Shown: piece by piece, positions 24,150-38,000 of the stretch
How positions within the stretch are numbered: the first letter of the stretch is position 1
Layout: the number at the start of each line of letters is the position of its first letter
From: Heterodontus francisci
Lineage: Eukaryota
Length of the DNA stretch: 64,000 bases
Reading direction: 5' to 3'
Assembly (NCBI RefSeq): GCF_036365525.1
Contig: NW_027141363.1
Coordinates: 62,001 to 126,000, forward strand
Program-made: the position numbers and the translations under genes
Notes under the pieces: generated by a model
Told to the model about the DNA's origin: nothing
Database searches by the model: none
Seen by the model: the letters and a program-made list of their open reading frames with translations, nothing else

Positions 24150-27100
24150 ATTTTAATTCATTTTACTGTAGTTCTGAAGTTAGCTTTCTCTCTGTCTCCA
24201 CATTCTTTCCCTGTGTCTCTATCTCCCGCCATGCTTTCTCTTCTCTGACTCTGTTTCACACTCGCCTTCTCCATTTAAAGCTTTAACAAATAAAAAAACA
24301 TGCCACACACAGCAATGCGATTTGTCGTGATTTGAAATAGTGAGACGGAATCAGCAGCTTGTTCCCAGTTTCAGGAGGGATTCGCTCTTTCTGGGGACTG
24401 AAATCTGGCTATTATCACATTGCTGCTTGTGGGATCGTGCTGTGCATCTAGTGGCCTGCAGCATTTCTTCCATGACAACAGTTTCAAATTCAGCTTCCTG
24501 AGGGTCTGAGTGTGGATTTATCTGTGTTTTTAGAAGAATTTTACAATAATTGCAAGAGCTGAACGTGAAGCTGTATAAAGACTTGGCATTAGTTTAACGA
24601 TGGAGTTTAGCATTTTCTGAGGACTGTGATGGGATATTTGGCTATGATCACATTGTGGGATCCTGCTGTGCATACATTCCCTGAATCAATTCCTGCATCC
24701 AACACTGAGGCAGAAACAGATGGAGAGAAAAAGAGAGAGAGTGAGAAACAGCTGGAGGTGGCAGGTTAAACAGAGAGAGAGAGAGAGACAGGCAGAGTGT
24801 GGGTGAGGGAGGGAAGGCAGAGAAAGATGGAGAAAGACAGAGAGAGGGCGAGAGAGAGAGAAATCCACACTCAAAAGCTTGGTACACTGAATATTGAAGT
24901 GTCAACATTGCTGGGATCTTGCTGTGCACTAAAAACAGATTATCTGCATATTTGCATTATCTGAAGGCCTGGAATTAAAGTCCTGAGCTTGAAGCCAGTA
25001 CAATTCCGGAGTAATGATGGTGTTTTGGGCAGTGCCCTGAATTTGAGGGTGAAATGAAATTGTGGGATCTTGGTGAAATTGTGAGACTAGCTAAGAGGAA
25101 AAAGGAAGCACACATAAGGTCTAGGCGGCTGAAGAAAGACGAAGCTTTGAAAGAATATCGGGATTGTAGGCACAATCTGAAACGAGGAATTAAGAGGGCT
25201 GAAAGGGGTCATGAAATAGCTTTAGCAAACAGGGTTAAGGAAAATCCCAAAGCCTTTTATTCATATATAAGGAGCAAGAGGGTAACTAGAGAAAGGATTG
25301 GCCCACTCAAGGACAAAGGAGGAAAGTTATGCGTGGAGTCAGAGAAAATGGGTGAGATTCTAAACGAGTACTTTGCATTGGTATTCACCGAGGAGAGGGA
25401 CATGAGGGATGTTGAGGTTAGGGACAAATGTTTGATTACTCTAGGTCAAGTCGGCATAAGGAGGTAGGAAGTGTTGGGTATTCTGAAAGGCATTAAGGTG
25501 GACAAGTCCCCAGGTCCGGATGGGATCTATCCCAGGTTACTGTGGGAAGCCAGAGAGGAAATAGTTGGGGCCTTAACAGATATCTTTGCAGCATCCTTAA
25601 ACACGGGTGAGGTCCCGGAGGACTGGAGAATTGCTAATGTTGTCCCCTTGCTTAAGAAGGGTAGCAGGGATAATCCAGGTAATTATAGACCGGTGAGCCT
25701 GACGTCAGTGGTAGGGAAGCTGCTGGAGAAGATACTGAGGGATAGGATCTATTCCCATTTGGAAGAAAATGGGCTTATCAGTGATAGGCAACATGGTTTT
25801 GTGCAGGGAAGGTCATGTCTTACCAACTTAATAGAATTCTTTGAGGAAGTGGCAAAGTTGATTGATGAGGGAAGGGCTGTAGATGTCATATACATGGACT
25901 TCAGTAAGGCGTTTGATAAGGTTCCCCATGGTAGGCTGATGGAGAAAGTGAAGGCGCATGGGGTCCAAGGTGTGCTAGCTAGATGGATAAAGAACTGGCT
26001 GGGCAACAGGAGACAGAGAGTCGCAGTGGAAGGGAGTTTCTCAAAATGGAGACGTGTGACCAGTGGTGTTCCACAGGGATCCGTGCTGGGACCACTGTTG
26101 TTTGTGATATACATAAATGATTTGGAGGAAAGTATAGGTGGTCTGAGTAGCAAGTTTGCAGACGACACTAAGATTGGTGGAGTAGCAGATACTGAAGGGG
26201 ACTGTCAGAGAATACAGCAGAATATAGATAGACTGGAGAGTTGGGCAGAGAAATGGCAGATGGAGTTCAATCAGGGCAAATGCGAGGTGATGCATTTTGG
26301 AAGATCCAATTCAAGAGTGAACTATACAGTAAATGGAAATGTCCTGGGGAAAATTGATGTCCAGAGAGATTTGGGTGTTCAGGTCCATTGTTCCCTGAAG
26401 GTGGCAACGCAGGTCAATAGAGTGGTCAAGAAGGCATACGGCATGCTTTCCTTCATCGGACGGGGTATTGAGTACAAGAGTTGGCAGGTCATGTTACAGT
26501 TGTATAGGACTTTGGTTCGGCCACATTTGGAATACTGCGTGCAGTTCTGGTCGCCACATTACCAAAAGGATGTGGATGCTTTGGAGAGGGTGCAGAGGAG
26601 GTTCACCAGGATGTTGCCTGGTATGGAGGGCGCTAGCTATGAAGAGAGGTTGAGTAGATTAGGATTATTTTCATTAGAAAGACGGAGGTTGAGGGGGGAC
26701 CTGATTGAGGTGTACAAAATCATGAGAGGTATAGACAGAGTGGATAGCAAGAAGCTTTTTCCCAGAGTGGGGGATTCAATTACAAGGGGACATGAGTTCA
26801 AAGTGAAAGGGGAAAAGTTTAGGGGGGATATGCGTGGAAAGTTATTTACGCAGAGGGTGGTGGGTGCATGGAACGCATTACCAGCGGAGGTGGTAGACGC
26901 AGGCACGATAGCGTCTTTTAAGATTTATCTAGACAGATACATGAATGGGCAGGAAGTAAAGAGATACAGACCCTTAGAAAATAGGCGACAGGTTTAGATA
27001 GAGGATTTGTATCGGCGTAGGCTTGGAGGGCCGAAGGGCCTGTTCCTGTGCTGTAATTTTCTTTGTTCTTTGTTCTTTGTTCTTGCTGTGACCAAATGGC

Positions 27101-28440
27101 ATGCAGTGTTTCCAACATTGCAACAGTGACGACCACTTTAACAATCAATTCACTGAGTGTCAAATGTTCCCGATTCATTTCAGTTCATTTTACTGAAGTT
27201 CTGAGTTTCGATTTGTCTCTCTGTCTCACTCCAGCTTTCTTTCCCTCTGTCTCTCTAATTAAACCTTTAATAGTTAAAAACACACACAGCAGGGTGATTT
27301 GTTGTTGGTTTAAATGGTGAGACAGAAGTATTTCATAACTATTTTCAGTCAACACTACATATGAGATAGAGGGACAAAAACAGATATGGACAGAGAAAGA
27401 GAAGGAGAGACAGGGGACGAATGGGATAGGAACAGAGAGAGATACAGAGACAGTGGAGATAGAGATACTGAGACAGACACACACACACACACACACACAC
27501 ACAGAGGTGGAGGTTGCTGTCACAATCCTTTTATCCTTTGGTTTATTAACTGTGATTTGTTTGTATTTGGGTGTTGCTGAGAGAGTGTCTGTGTAACCGA
27601 GGGCAATTCCTGGGCTCTTGCTGTGCTATTTTGTTTAACAATGTATTTTAATCAATTTTCTCTCTCTCCGTCTTGCCTTAGGAATTTTCATTCTGAAAAC
27701 TGCATGGTGAAGATGAAAAGAGGGAAAGTTTGGGACGAGGAATCCTTGGACAGGAGCTTCCTCCTGAGGGGACGGACTGAGGCCTTGTCCACAGGCTGCA
27801 CCCAAAGGGCCCACGTGAGTTGTGTCTGTTTATTAGGCCGTGGTTTAATTTCATGTCTGGGGTCCTGGGCTAACCAGTTCCTGTCGGATTGGGGCCCTGC
27901 TGTTTTAAATAGGTTGAAAGCCTGGGGTTAAAGGAGCAGCCTTGGTGCAAAACCTTGGTTGAAGTGGCACCATTGCTGGGATCTTGCTGTGCACAGCTTG
28001 CCGGCTGTTATCACACTGCTGCTTGTGGGATCTTGCTGTGTACCAATGGCCTGCAGCATTTCCAACAGTGCAACAGTGACGAGCACTTTAAAAATTAATT
28101 CATTGAGTGTCAAATACTTCTGTGAATCAGCAATGAAATGGCTGAAATGTGAAGGTTTGGAAAGGCTTGTTCTCATTCCCGAATAATACTGGTGTCTTAG
28201 GCTGTGGGCTGAATTTGACAGTGAAATGAATCACCTGGCAGAGTTTCAGGGATGGGAATGTGGATTTCTCTCTCTATCCTTCTATGGGAGAGAGGATGGG
28301 GGTCACCAGTGTTTGTGTGTTTTTACAATGAGGCAGAAACAGATGTAGAGAGACACACAGAGAAATAGAGAGAGAGAGAGAGAGAGAGAGGGAGGGAGAG
28401 ACAGCAGGAAATGACAGTGTAAACACATCCACACTTCCCA
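24150..28440. repeat. Degenerate locally repeated units with Deu-SINE-derived cores, interrupted by the CR1 at 25072
   Basis: Recurrent ttgctgggatcttgctgtgcac / gtgggatc(g/t)tgctgtg and ttcattttactg(t/a)agttctga blocks at ~24160, 24420, 24650, 24910, 27080, 27185, 27970. Confidence 0.55.
25072..27085 (+). mobile_element. Young 5'-truncated CR1 LINE; RT ORF 25471-26997, TAG at 25465; (TTCTTTG)n tail
   Basis: 508-aa RT with GVPQGSVLGP, FADD; near-identical to 10391-11268 over the overlap; tcttg at both junctions. Confidence 0.95.
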
Positions 28441-30369
28441 GTCTCTGGCTCTGTGTCGGGGATGTGTTGGTAAGATGGGGAGTCACTGGGAGATTGTTTT
28501 CTGTCAGTGAGTGAGAGAAAGAGCCCTGGGCTCTCGCTGTGTTTTATTTCTGTTCAAAAATGCTTTGCTTTATTTGAATCTAATTTATTTCTTATTCCCA
28601 AGGAGAATCTTTTCGGAAGCTGCAGCTGTGATGATGCAAAGGTAGAATCTTTAGGCCACGTGGAATTCTCAGACAAGAGCTTTAACCAGGGAGGGAAAAT
28701 AATAATAAATATATATTTGTCATTGTCAAGTTCATTTCTAAATACAAAAAAGAAGACTGTGTGTGATTTCGGGGCTGATAGAAAAACAAAGTGCTGGAAA
28801 TGCTCAGTATTTCCAGCACGGTTTTTATTTCAAATTGCCAGCATCTGCAGTATTTTGATTTTGTGTTTTCGGGGGTCTGTGGCTTTTCTCCCAATAGGGA
28901 GGGGGCTGGAGGGCGCTCCCGAAGGGAATAGTTTGGGAAGCGCTGCTCCAGAACAGTCAATGTAATCCCGTAGATTTCCCTCTCTCCATCTCTTGCTGCA
29001 ACTTGTTCCCTGCACCTTCCTCCTTGTTCCTAGTTCTTTTTCTTCACATCTTTAAATCTCTATCTCTATCTCTCAACATCCTTTCTTTCTCTGCCCCTCG
29101 CTAGAGTCTCACAGGTTTCCATTGTCACTCTCTTTCTGCGATTCTCTGCATCTTTATCTGTCTCTCTCTCTCTTCTCCCACTCACTTCCAAATCCCTGAA
29201 TCTTTCCATCTCTGCTCCTCCTTTCCTGCAAGATTATCTCTGCATTTCCCCCATCCCGGGACACCCCTCTCTTATCTGGAAACGCGTCTTACTTTGTATC
29301 TCTGCCCCTCCACTTCTTTCTGTCTCTGCATCTCTCTTTGTCTGCGATCTTTCTCAATATCTACATCTCTGTGTATGTCTCCATTTCTCTCTCTCTCTGC
29401 CCTTCTCGGTATTTCTGTCCCTCTGTTCTCAGTTTCTCTCACTGGTTTCGGACTCCAGCTCCATTTCCATTTATTTCTCTCTCTTTCTGTTCTGTCCTAA
29501 TCCTGGGATCTGTTTTCTGTGTCACTCTCCCTCTGTCTGGGGGTGGATTTGAACTAGCTGCCTTGGTGTTGTACAGGGTGATTGTGAAGTGGGATCCTGC
29601 TTTCCATCTCTGCCCAGTTTTGCTCCCATTGATGTAAAAACAGGGGGGAGGAGCTGAACGGACAGCCGATTCACAACCACCCTCCTCCCCTCCATCCTGG
29701 TTTGCACCATTGGCACCAAGTCCGAGTCCAGCCCAGTGTTTCTTTGACTCTCTGTGTATCTGCTCCCTGACTGTCTCTGCCTGTCTCCTTGTGGCTCAAT
29801 GGGGGAAGGGACAGATCAGCCATGATCTAACATGGGTGGGTCAGGCTCAAAAGGCTGAATGGCCTCCTCCCGTCCCTGTGCCAGTCAGTGTGTGAGTGTT
29901 TGTGTGTGTCTCCCTCTGTTTGATTCCCTGAAGCCGATGGGGAGAACAGGTGAAACACCTTTCTGCAGAGAGGGATGTGTCTGGAGCTGGGATCTTCCTG
30001 TGCATTAAAGGCTCAGAATGCCAGTTAGCCTCTGAAGGTCCTTGCTCTATGCCCGGCCCAGTGTTTGGCCTGACATGAGTTAAAGGTGCCGGTGCTCTGG
30101 GAGCCTGTTGATGGAATTCCACTGGCTTATCCAGATCAGGAATTAAAGTGAACGAAGGGTTGTCGGGAGACGGAGCCAAACCGAGGTAAGTGATGGAGGT
30201 GGGAATAACACGGGGGGGGGGGGGGTGCGGGGAGTGGGCTGTTCACGGGGGAGATGATACAGTGTGGGATTAAATAAAGGGGTTGCTTTTACACGACAGG
30301 GAGGGTATTCAGAAAGGGGAAGTGTTCACAGTGGAGGGTAGGGGGCAGAATTAGATTACGGTCAGTTAA

Positions 30370-30960
30370 TGGGGGGTATTTGGATGGGAGTCTGCTCCTG
30401 GGGGTATTTAGATGGGGGTCTGTTCACAGAAGGGGGCAGTATTTAGATGGGGGTCTGTTGCGGACGGGTATAGAGATGGGAGTTTGTTCCCGGGAGGTAT
30501 TTAGATGGGTGTTTGTTCCGGGGGCTATTCAGATGGGAAATTTTTCCCGGGGTGTATTCAGATAGGGGTTTGTTCCTGGTGGGGGTATTTAGATGGGAGT
30601 TTGTTCCTGGGGGGGTATTTAGATGGGGGTCTGGTCCTGAGGGGGGGTTTATTCAGATGGAAGCAAGTTACTGGGGGGTATTTAGATGGGAGTATGTTCA
30701 CGGGTGGGAGGTATTTAAATGGGAGCTTGTTCTCGGGGTGTATTTAGATGGGAGTCTGTTCCTGGGGGGTACTTAGATGGGAGTCTGTTCCCGGGGGGTA
30801 TTTCGATGGGAGTCTGTCTGGGGGGGGGGGTGGTATTTTGATGGGAGTCTGTTGCCGGGGGTATTTCGATGGGTTGTCTTGTAACAGAGGGAAGGGGATA
30901 ATTAGATGGGTTCTGTTGATAATGAGGGTATTAGATGGGGGTCAGTTAACAGGAGATATC
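30370..30960 (+). repeat. G-rich ~29-30 bp minisatellite
   Basis: Repeated gggggtatttagatgggagtctgttcc. Confidence 0.85.
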
Positions 30961-31129
30961 AGATCGGGGTCTGCAGACGAGGATTATTTAGATTGGGGGG
31001 GGGGGGGGTCTGTGCAAGGGGGAGATGTTTTCTGGGGGGGGAAGTATTGCAGGGAAAAAGATTTGCTTGGTGCACAAAAATTGCAGGGGGTGGATAAATT
31101 GAGGGGTGGATAAATTGATGGGGTGGATA

Positions 31130-32460
31130 GGGTCAGAAAAAGACAGAAAAAGTCAGAAAGAGAGAGAGAAATGATAGAAAGAGAAATAGAGAAGACAGAA
31201 AGATACAAAGAAAGAGAGAGAAAAAGAAGGAGAGAAAAGATAGAAAGAGACAGAGAAAAGATGGAAGTAGACAAGAAAGAGAGAGACAAGGTGAGAGTAA
31301 AAGAAAGAGAGAAAAGATAGAAAGAGAAAGAGAGAAGATAGAAATAGAAAGAGAGAAGATAGAAAAGAAAGAAAGACACAGAAACAGAAAAGAGAGAGAA
31401 ACTCAGAGAAATAGAGAAAAGACAGAGAGACAGAAATAGAGAAAAGACAGAAAAAGTCAGAAATAGAGAATTGAAGGAAAGTCAGAATAAGAAAAAGGAC
31501 AGAAAGAGAGAGAAAAAGAGGAGGGGAAAAAGTGGAGGGAAAGAACAAAGACTCAAAGAAATTGCAGGCACCAAAGAGACAGACAGAAAGCCAATGAGAA
31601 AGACACAGAGAATCACAGAGAGATTGAAAGAGATGACAGAGAAAGCCATTGAGACAGAAAGACGCACAATCACTCAGAGAGAGAGAGAAACACAAAGTGA
31701 GGGAGAGAGAGAGAGATGGAGGAACACAGAGAGGGAGAAATACAGAGAGCAGAGATTGAGGAACAGAGAGAGAGAGAGTAACAGAGTCAGAAATACAAAG
31801 TGAGGGAGAGATTGAGAAATAGAGAGAATGAGAGAGAGATTTAGTGCGAGAGAGAGAGTGATTGAGTGCGAGAGAGAGAGAGACATTGAGTGCGAGAGAG
31901 AGAGAGGGAGAGATTGAGTGCGAGAGAGAGAGAGACTTCAGTGCGAGAGAGAGAGAGATTCCAGTGCGAGAGAGAGAGAGATTTCAGTGCGAGAGAGAGA
32001 TTTCAGTGCGAGAGACAGAGATTTCAGTGTGAGAGAGAGAGATTTCAGTGAGAGAGAGAGAGATTTCAGTGAGAGAGAGAATTCAGTGAGAGACAGAATT
32101 CAGTGAGAGAGAGATTCAGTGAGATTCAGAGAGAGAGATTCAGTGAGAGAGATATTGAGTGAGAGAGAGATTGAGTGAGAGAGAGATTGAGTGAGAGAGA
32201 GATTGAGAGAGCGAGAGATTGAGTGAGAGAGAGATTGAGTGAGAGAGAGATTGAGTGAGAGGGAGATTCAGTGAGAGAGAGATTCAGTGAGAGAGAGATT
32301 GAGTGACAGAGAGAATTCAGTGAGAGAGAGAATTCAGTGAGAGAGAGAAATCAGTGAGAGGGAGATTGACTGAGGGAGACTGAGTGAGAGAGAGAATTCA
32401 GTGAGAGGGAGATTCAGTGATAGGGAGATTCAGTGAGAGAGACTGAGTGAAAGAAACTGA
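31130..32460 (+). repeat. GA/A-rich low-complexity tract, then ~14-18 bp gagagagatt(t)cagt array
   Basis: Direct inspection. Confidence 0.85.
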
Positions 32461-32897
32461 GTCAGAAGGAGGGAGAAAGGGAGAGAGAGACAATAAAGAT
32501 GTGATACACACCATCCCACACCGTCTGCGTTCCATCGTTGGACTCTAACACCATCTCTCCATCAACTCATCCATGGGGAAAAGATCCTGGAGAGGGGCAT
32601 TGGGGTGGGATTTGGAGATAAGCGTCAGGACTGGGACAGAGAGAGCAGGGGAATCAGACTGGACATTCACACACACACATACACTGTAATCAGCTTGCAA
32701 TTCACCTGGGCACAGAGACACAGAGACTGAAACACAGAAACTCACCTTCAGAAACCAGCCGCATGGAAAGAAAGAATGGAGGCTGATGTTGTCCTAATAT
32801 ATCCCAGAACCTGTCACTCAAAACAGCCAGTCCACCCAAAATACAGCTTATCCAACCAGCTCTCAGCTTCCTCCATCTGGACACTCCCTCCCAGGTA

Positions 32898-33251
32898 TTT
32901 TTTTAGATTAGAGATACAGCACTGAAACAGGCCCTTCGGCCCACCGAGTCTGTGCCGAACATCAACCACCCAATTATACTAATCCTACACTAATCCCCTA
33001 TTCCTACCAAACATCCCCACCTGTCCCTATATTTCCCTACCACCTACCTATACTAGTGACAATTTATAATGGCCAATTTACCTATCAACCTGCAAGTCTT
33101 TTGGCTTGTGGGAGGAAACCGGAGCACCCGGAGAAAACCCACGCAGACACAGGGAGAACTTGCAAACTCCACACAGGCAGTACCCGGAATCGAACCCGGG
33201 TCCCTGGAGCTGTGAGGCTGCGGTGCTAACCACTGCGCCACTGTGCCGCCC
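32898..33251 (-). mobile_element. tRNA-derived HE1/V-SINE-type SINE, full length
   Basis: - strand gggcggcacagtggcgcagtggttagc...gggttcgattcc (A/B boxes), V-domain gtgggttttctccgggtgctccggtttcctcccac, CR1-like tail gggccgaagggcctgtttc. Confidence 0.9.
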
Positions 33252-34849
33252 ATGGTATGGGACAGTCCAAGGTGAGTTTCCGTGCAAACAGGGAATGGTA
33301 GAGAGAGGGATATTCCAGCCATATCCCAAATGGACCATTCCAGACAGAAACCTGTCTGTCTGTCTGTCTCTCTCTCCCTCCCCCAAAAACCTCATGAACA
33401 GAGCAGAAAAGCTGCTGTCATTTAAAACCTGGAGGGGCCGGTTTGGATAATGGCCATTTAACACTGATTGTATTAAATGTCTTTCACTATTCACCTCCAG
33501 TTAACAGAAAGTTCAGAAAATGACTCACTGCAGTTACCTTGAAATTGTGACAAAGTGTTATTGCTGGAGAGGCCGGTTTGACTGCAGTATAAACAGGCAG
33601 TTTTTATTCGGTTTTTCAATTTCACTGTATGACAAAGAGTGAAACTGGAGCCAGGTTAATGCGGCAGCCAAGAGAACTTTTATAACCAGTGACATTTCAC
33701 ACAACAATTCGTACCCAAATTTACTGTTATATTTGTCAATGATTCTTTGTAGTTTATTTGCTGCTGCTGTATTTATGCATTAGCCTGTAATCAATCGAAA
33801 AAACCTCCTGAACATTCGCCAGTTTAATGTTACAAGGGTTTACAAAGCTGGGAAATGGACATTTATCTTAAATGATATTTAAGATCTTCCACTTTTCACC
33901 TCCAGTTTATATAAAGTTCAGCGATAAAGACCTCTACATTCTGACAAAGAGTTTTTACTGCTGCAATAAAGTGTCACTTGTTTCCATTTGCTTCCTGACT
34001 GTTTCTTTCCTCTGTTCTCCTGGGGGATTCAGAGGGATTTTTGTTCATTGTTTGTCCACATTCCTCTGCAGCTGCTGTCTTGGAGAAATTAATTATATTG
34101 TATTCAAAATCTTTCCCTCAGTTTGGAGATATGAGGAGAGACTGTTTTCACTAGCAGAGGGGAGAAACAAATAGGCAGGGAGTTGCTCTGGTCTGGAATT
34201 CACTGTCTGACAGGTTTCTGAAAGCAGATTCAATATTAACTTTCAAAATACAATCGGATCAAAACTTCAATTTCTCTGAATTATAGTAGAGAAGATACCA
34301 GCAGAGAGAAGTGAGAGCGAGACAGAGATGCCATAACCATAGTGATGAAGAATTGAACACCACTTATATAGAGAGTTTTTATTTGAAAATGATTGAGTTT
34401 AATTTGATGCTGTTAATTTATTTATCCATTACCTTTAATCATTTAAAATAATTTTCCAAACAGTAACGAGTTTAATGTTACAAGTGTTTACATCGTAGTA
34501 AAATAGCCACTTTACACAAACTGTATTGAAATTATTTTATTGAGCATCTCAAGTTTACAGAAAGAAAATTCCGCAAACTTGTAAAAACTTTCAAACATTC
34601 AGCAACACAGAATCTCGATCAGCAACGGCTCAGCATCTCCATCTCCTGGTGCCCCTCTCTCACTGCAGTTACAGTCTCCCTCTCACCATCTCCATCTGCT
34701 GGTGTCCCTCTCTCACTGCAGTTGCTGCCCCCTCTCACCATCCCCATCTGCTGGTGTCCCTGCCTCACTGCAGTTACTGCCCCTCTCGCCACCTCACAAT
34801 CACTGCCATTTGCAGCTTTGTCCACTGGCGGCGGTTGTTGACAAGGCAA

Positions 34850-34863
34850 CCACTAGGTGGCGC
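34850..34863 (+). promoter_or_regulatory. Consensus CTCF core motif, with NRF1-like (34871-34880) and YY1-like (34942-34950) motifs nearby
   Basis: CCACTAGGTGGCGC matches CCASYAGRKGGCRS. Confidence 0.6.
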
Positions 34864-35061
34864 TGTACTAGCACATGCGCAAATGTACACTGTTCCAATT
34901 AAACGTCATGGTCTGCCACGTGCAGGCAGCTGCCAGGACTAAAGATGGCGCCGGTCAAATAATCACAAAGGTGGGTGGAGGGTGGGAGGTGGAGCTGGGG
35001 GTCTGGGGGGGGGAGGGGGGAATGGGATTTAGTTACAGTGTTTGAAACCCTTCAGCTCTTT

Positions 35062-38000
35062 CTATGATTTCACTAATTTAACAATGAGATTGAGAGGGTA
35101 TTTCACCCCCTTCTTCAGCTCCTGTCTGAATTTAGTCTGGGTCACAATGTAAATACATGTGTTGGTGCAGGAACTGAGAATCTGCAGCATCTTTGATGTT
35201 TGTTCTGTGATAAAGAGAGGGTCAGTGAGGGAGGAATAATATAGAATATCTGCAATTCGACAATAAATGATAAACACAACACGGGTCACCCATAACAGGA
35301 TAAAACTGCCGGATATACTGAAGAGTAAAATAACTGATTTCCTGCGATTCTCCATCTCTGCGTCCTTGTGATTCTCTGCATTGCTGTGGCGCCGGAATCC
35401 CCTGCGGACTTTACTGGAGAATAAAATCCGTCTGACAGTCAGAACATTGAGCAGCAACATCAGAAAGACCGGGACACAAGGGGTTAAAATGTAATTAAAC
35501 AATTCAAATGCCCCCCATATGGGGGAAGTAAAGAAACTCAGTTTATAAACACAACCCATGGGAACATTATTAATAATGGAATATTGTTCCTGTGTAAAGT
35601 ACCAGGGGAGAGACTCTAAACAGCCCAGCACACTCACTGTTCCAACAACCACAGCCGCCGTTTTCTCGCTGCAATATTTTGTTTTCAGCTTCTCACAACA
35701 AATGGCCACAAATCGATCAAAGGTGAAAGTGACTGTGAGCCAGACAGAAACAACTGTGGATGCAGAAATCAAAACGGCAAGGAGAGAACAGACAGGAGTA
35801 ATGTTCAGGAATGAATATGGAAAATAAATTGATCCAATCCATCTCAATATGGGATTAGTGATAACGACCAGGAGATCAGACACTGCCATTCCCACCAGGT
35901 AGACAGTGATACATTTGGAGAGACCGCACTTTCCTCGGGACAGGATCACAATCGCCACCAAGTTAACTGGAAGAGAGAGAGAAAAGGAAGCAGAGAAATT
36001 ACTGATCAGACCTGGAGACAAAGCAGCAGTTTGACAGGATCTGGGCTGAAATTTCCAGCTTTGTTGCTGCATCGAGCAGTGAAAACTGATTCATTGAACT
36101 GGGCAGTGCTTTGTCAAAGTGAAATGTTTGAAAACACAATTATTAATAATGAATTGGGAAATTGATATAGAAAGTGAATAAAGTCAGCACTGGATATACT
36201 GGAAGTACTGCGTGAGGATGCAGTGTCAGTGGGGAAATGAGAAGGGGTTTTGCAGAGATGGAATCCAATGTGTTAATTGAGAATATGTCTCCAGACTGTT
36301 GGTTAGGAAGGTTTGTGGAGAGCGGGATGGTTTGTTGCTCTGGGTTTAGGGACTGTTATCAAATGGGAAAAGGCTGAAAACTGCAGCGCTGAGTTTGAGT
36401 ATCAGCCATGATCTAGAATGGTGGAGCAGGCCCGAAGGGCTGAATGGCCTCCTCCTACTCATATGTTACTGTATTCCTATCAGGTTGGACGAGGCAGCAG
36501 GAGGTGGAGCCAGTGAGGGTAATTGGGAGGGAGAGAAGGAAAAGGACATGTTGGAGCTGGAGGGGAGACTGGAGCAAATGGTTTGGGAATGTGGATAAAC
36601 TGAAGCAATGGATGATGAGGAGACTGAAGATTCAATACAGTGAGAGGAGAGGCTGAGATTCACAGAGAGAGACTGCAGCAGAGTGTTAGAGGAAATCTAA
36701 TATATAGATCCCAGCAATACAACTCAATTCATACATTCAAACAATAATCCCTGTGGTAATTGGTGTTGGAGCACAGTTTGTACAATATCGTCAATATATT
36801 TAGTTTGTAGAGGCAATTAAATATAAATTTAAATATATTTCTGATATCAGCCTCGCTCTTTATTGAATTCAGTAGTCACAGAGATTTTAAAGTGCAGTAT
36901 TTAAATAAAAAATTTCCATCAGTGTAAAACTGATTCTATTCAGATCATGCAGTCACTAAGTAAGGAACAGGAACTTTCCACAAAACAAAATGAGGCCCTG
37001 ACAGAAATCAACACAGAGGAACAAGTCCAACAGGAAAATGAACACAATCTGGAAATGACCTGGAAGAGTGTGTAGAAGGGTGGGTTAGTAAATTTGCGGA
37101 TGACACTAAGGTCGGTGGAGTTGTGGATAGTGCCGAAGGATGTTGTAGGGGACAGAGGGACATAGATAGGCTGCAGAGCTGGGCTGAGAGATGGCAAATG
37201 GAGTTTAATGCGGAAAAGTGCGAGGTGATTTACTTTGAAAGGAGTAACAGGAATGCAGAGTACTGGGCTAATGGGAAGATTCTTGGTAGTGTAGATGAAC
37301 AGAGAGATCTTGGTGTCCAGGTGCATAAATCCCTGAAGGTTGCTACCCAGGTTAATAGGGCTGTTAAGAAGGCATATGCTGTGTTAGCTTTTATTAGTAG
37401 GGGGATCGAGTTTCGGAGGCACGAGGTCATGCTGCAGCTGTACAAAACTCTGATGAGACCGCACCAGGAGTATTGCGTGCAGTTCTGGTCACCGCATTAT
37501 AGGAAGGATGTGGAAGCTATGGAAAGGGTGCAGAGGAGATTTACTAGGATGTTGCCTGGTATGGAGGGAAGGTCTTACGAGGAAAGGCTGAGGGACTTGA
37601 GGTTGTTTTCGTTTGAGAGAAGGAGGAGGAGAGGTGACTTAATAGAGACATTTAAGATAATCAGAGGGTTGGATAGGGTGGATAGTGAGAGTCTTTTTCC
37701 TCGGATGGTGATGGCAAACACGAGGGGACATAGCTTCAAGTTGAGGGGTGATAGATATAGGACAGATGTCAGAGGTAGTTTCTTTACTCAGAGAGTAGTA
37801 GGGGCGTGGAGCGCCCTGCCTGCAACAGTAGTAGACTCGCCCACTTTAAGGGCATTTAAGTGGTCATTGGATAGACATATGGATGAAAATGGAATAGTGT
37901 AGGTCAGATGGTTTCACAGGTCTGCGCAACATCGAGGGCCGAAGGGCCTGTACTGCGCTGTAATGTTCTATGTTCTATGTTCTATCAGTGTAGAACTGAT

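Noticed and set aside
32500-32884. Exon-like segments on the - strand
   Set aside because: The implied intron is only ~40 nt and translations are unrecognisable
33170-33251. tRNA gene
   Set aside because: tRNA-derived head of a SINE, followed by a V-domain and CR1-like tail
35967-36072. ORF-track N-terminus MQQQSWKF of the GPCR
   Set aside because: Intronic read-through; there is a splice acceptor at 35968-35967 and a proper exon 1 at 39375-39306
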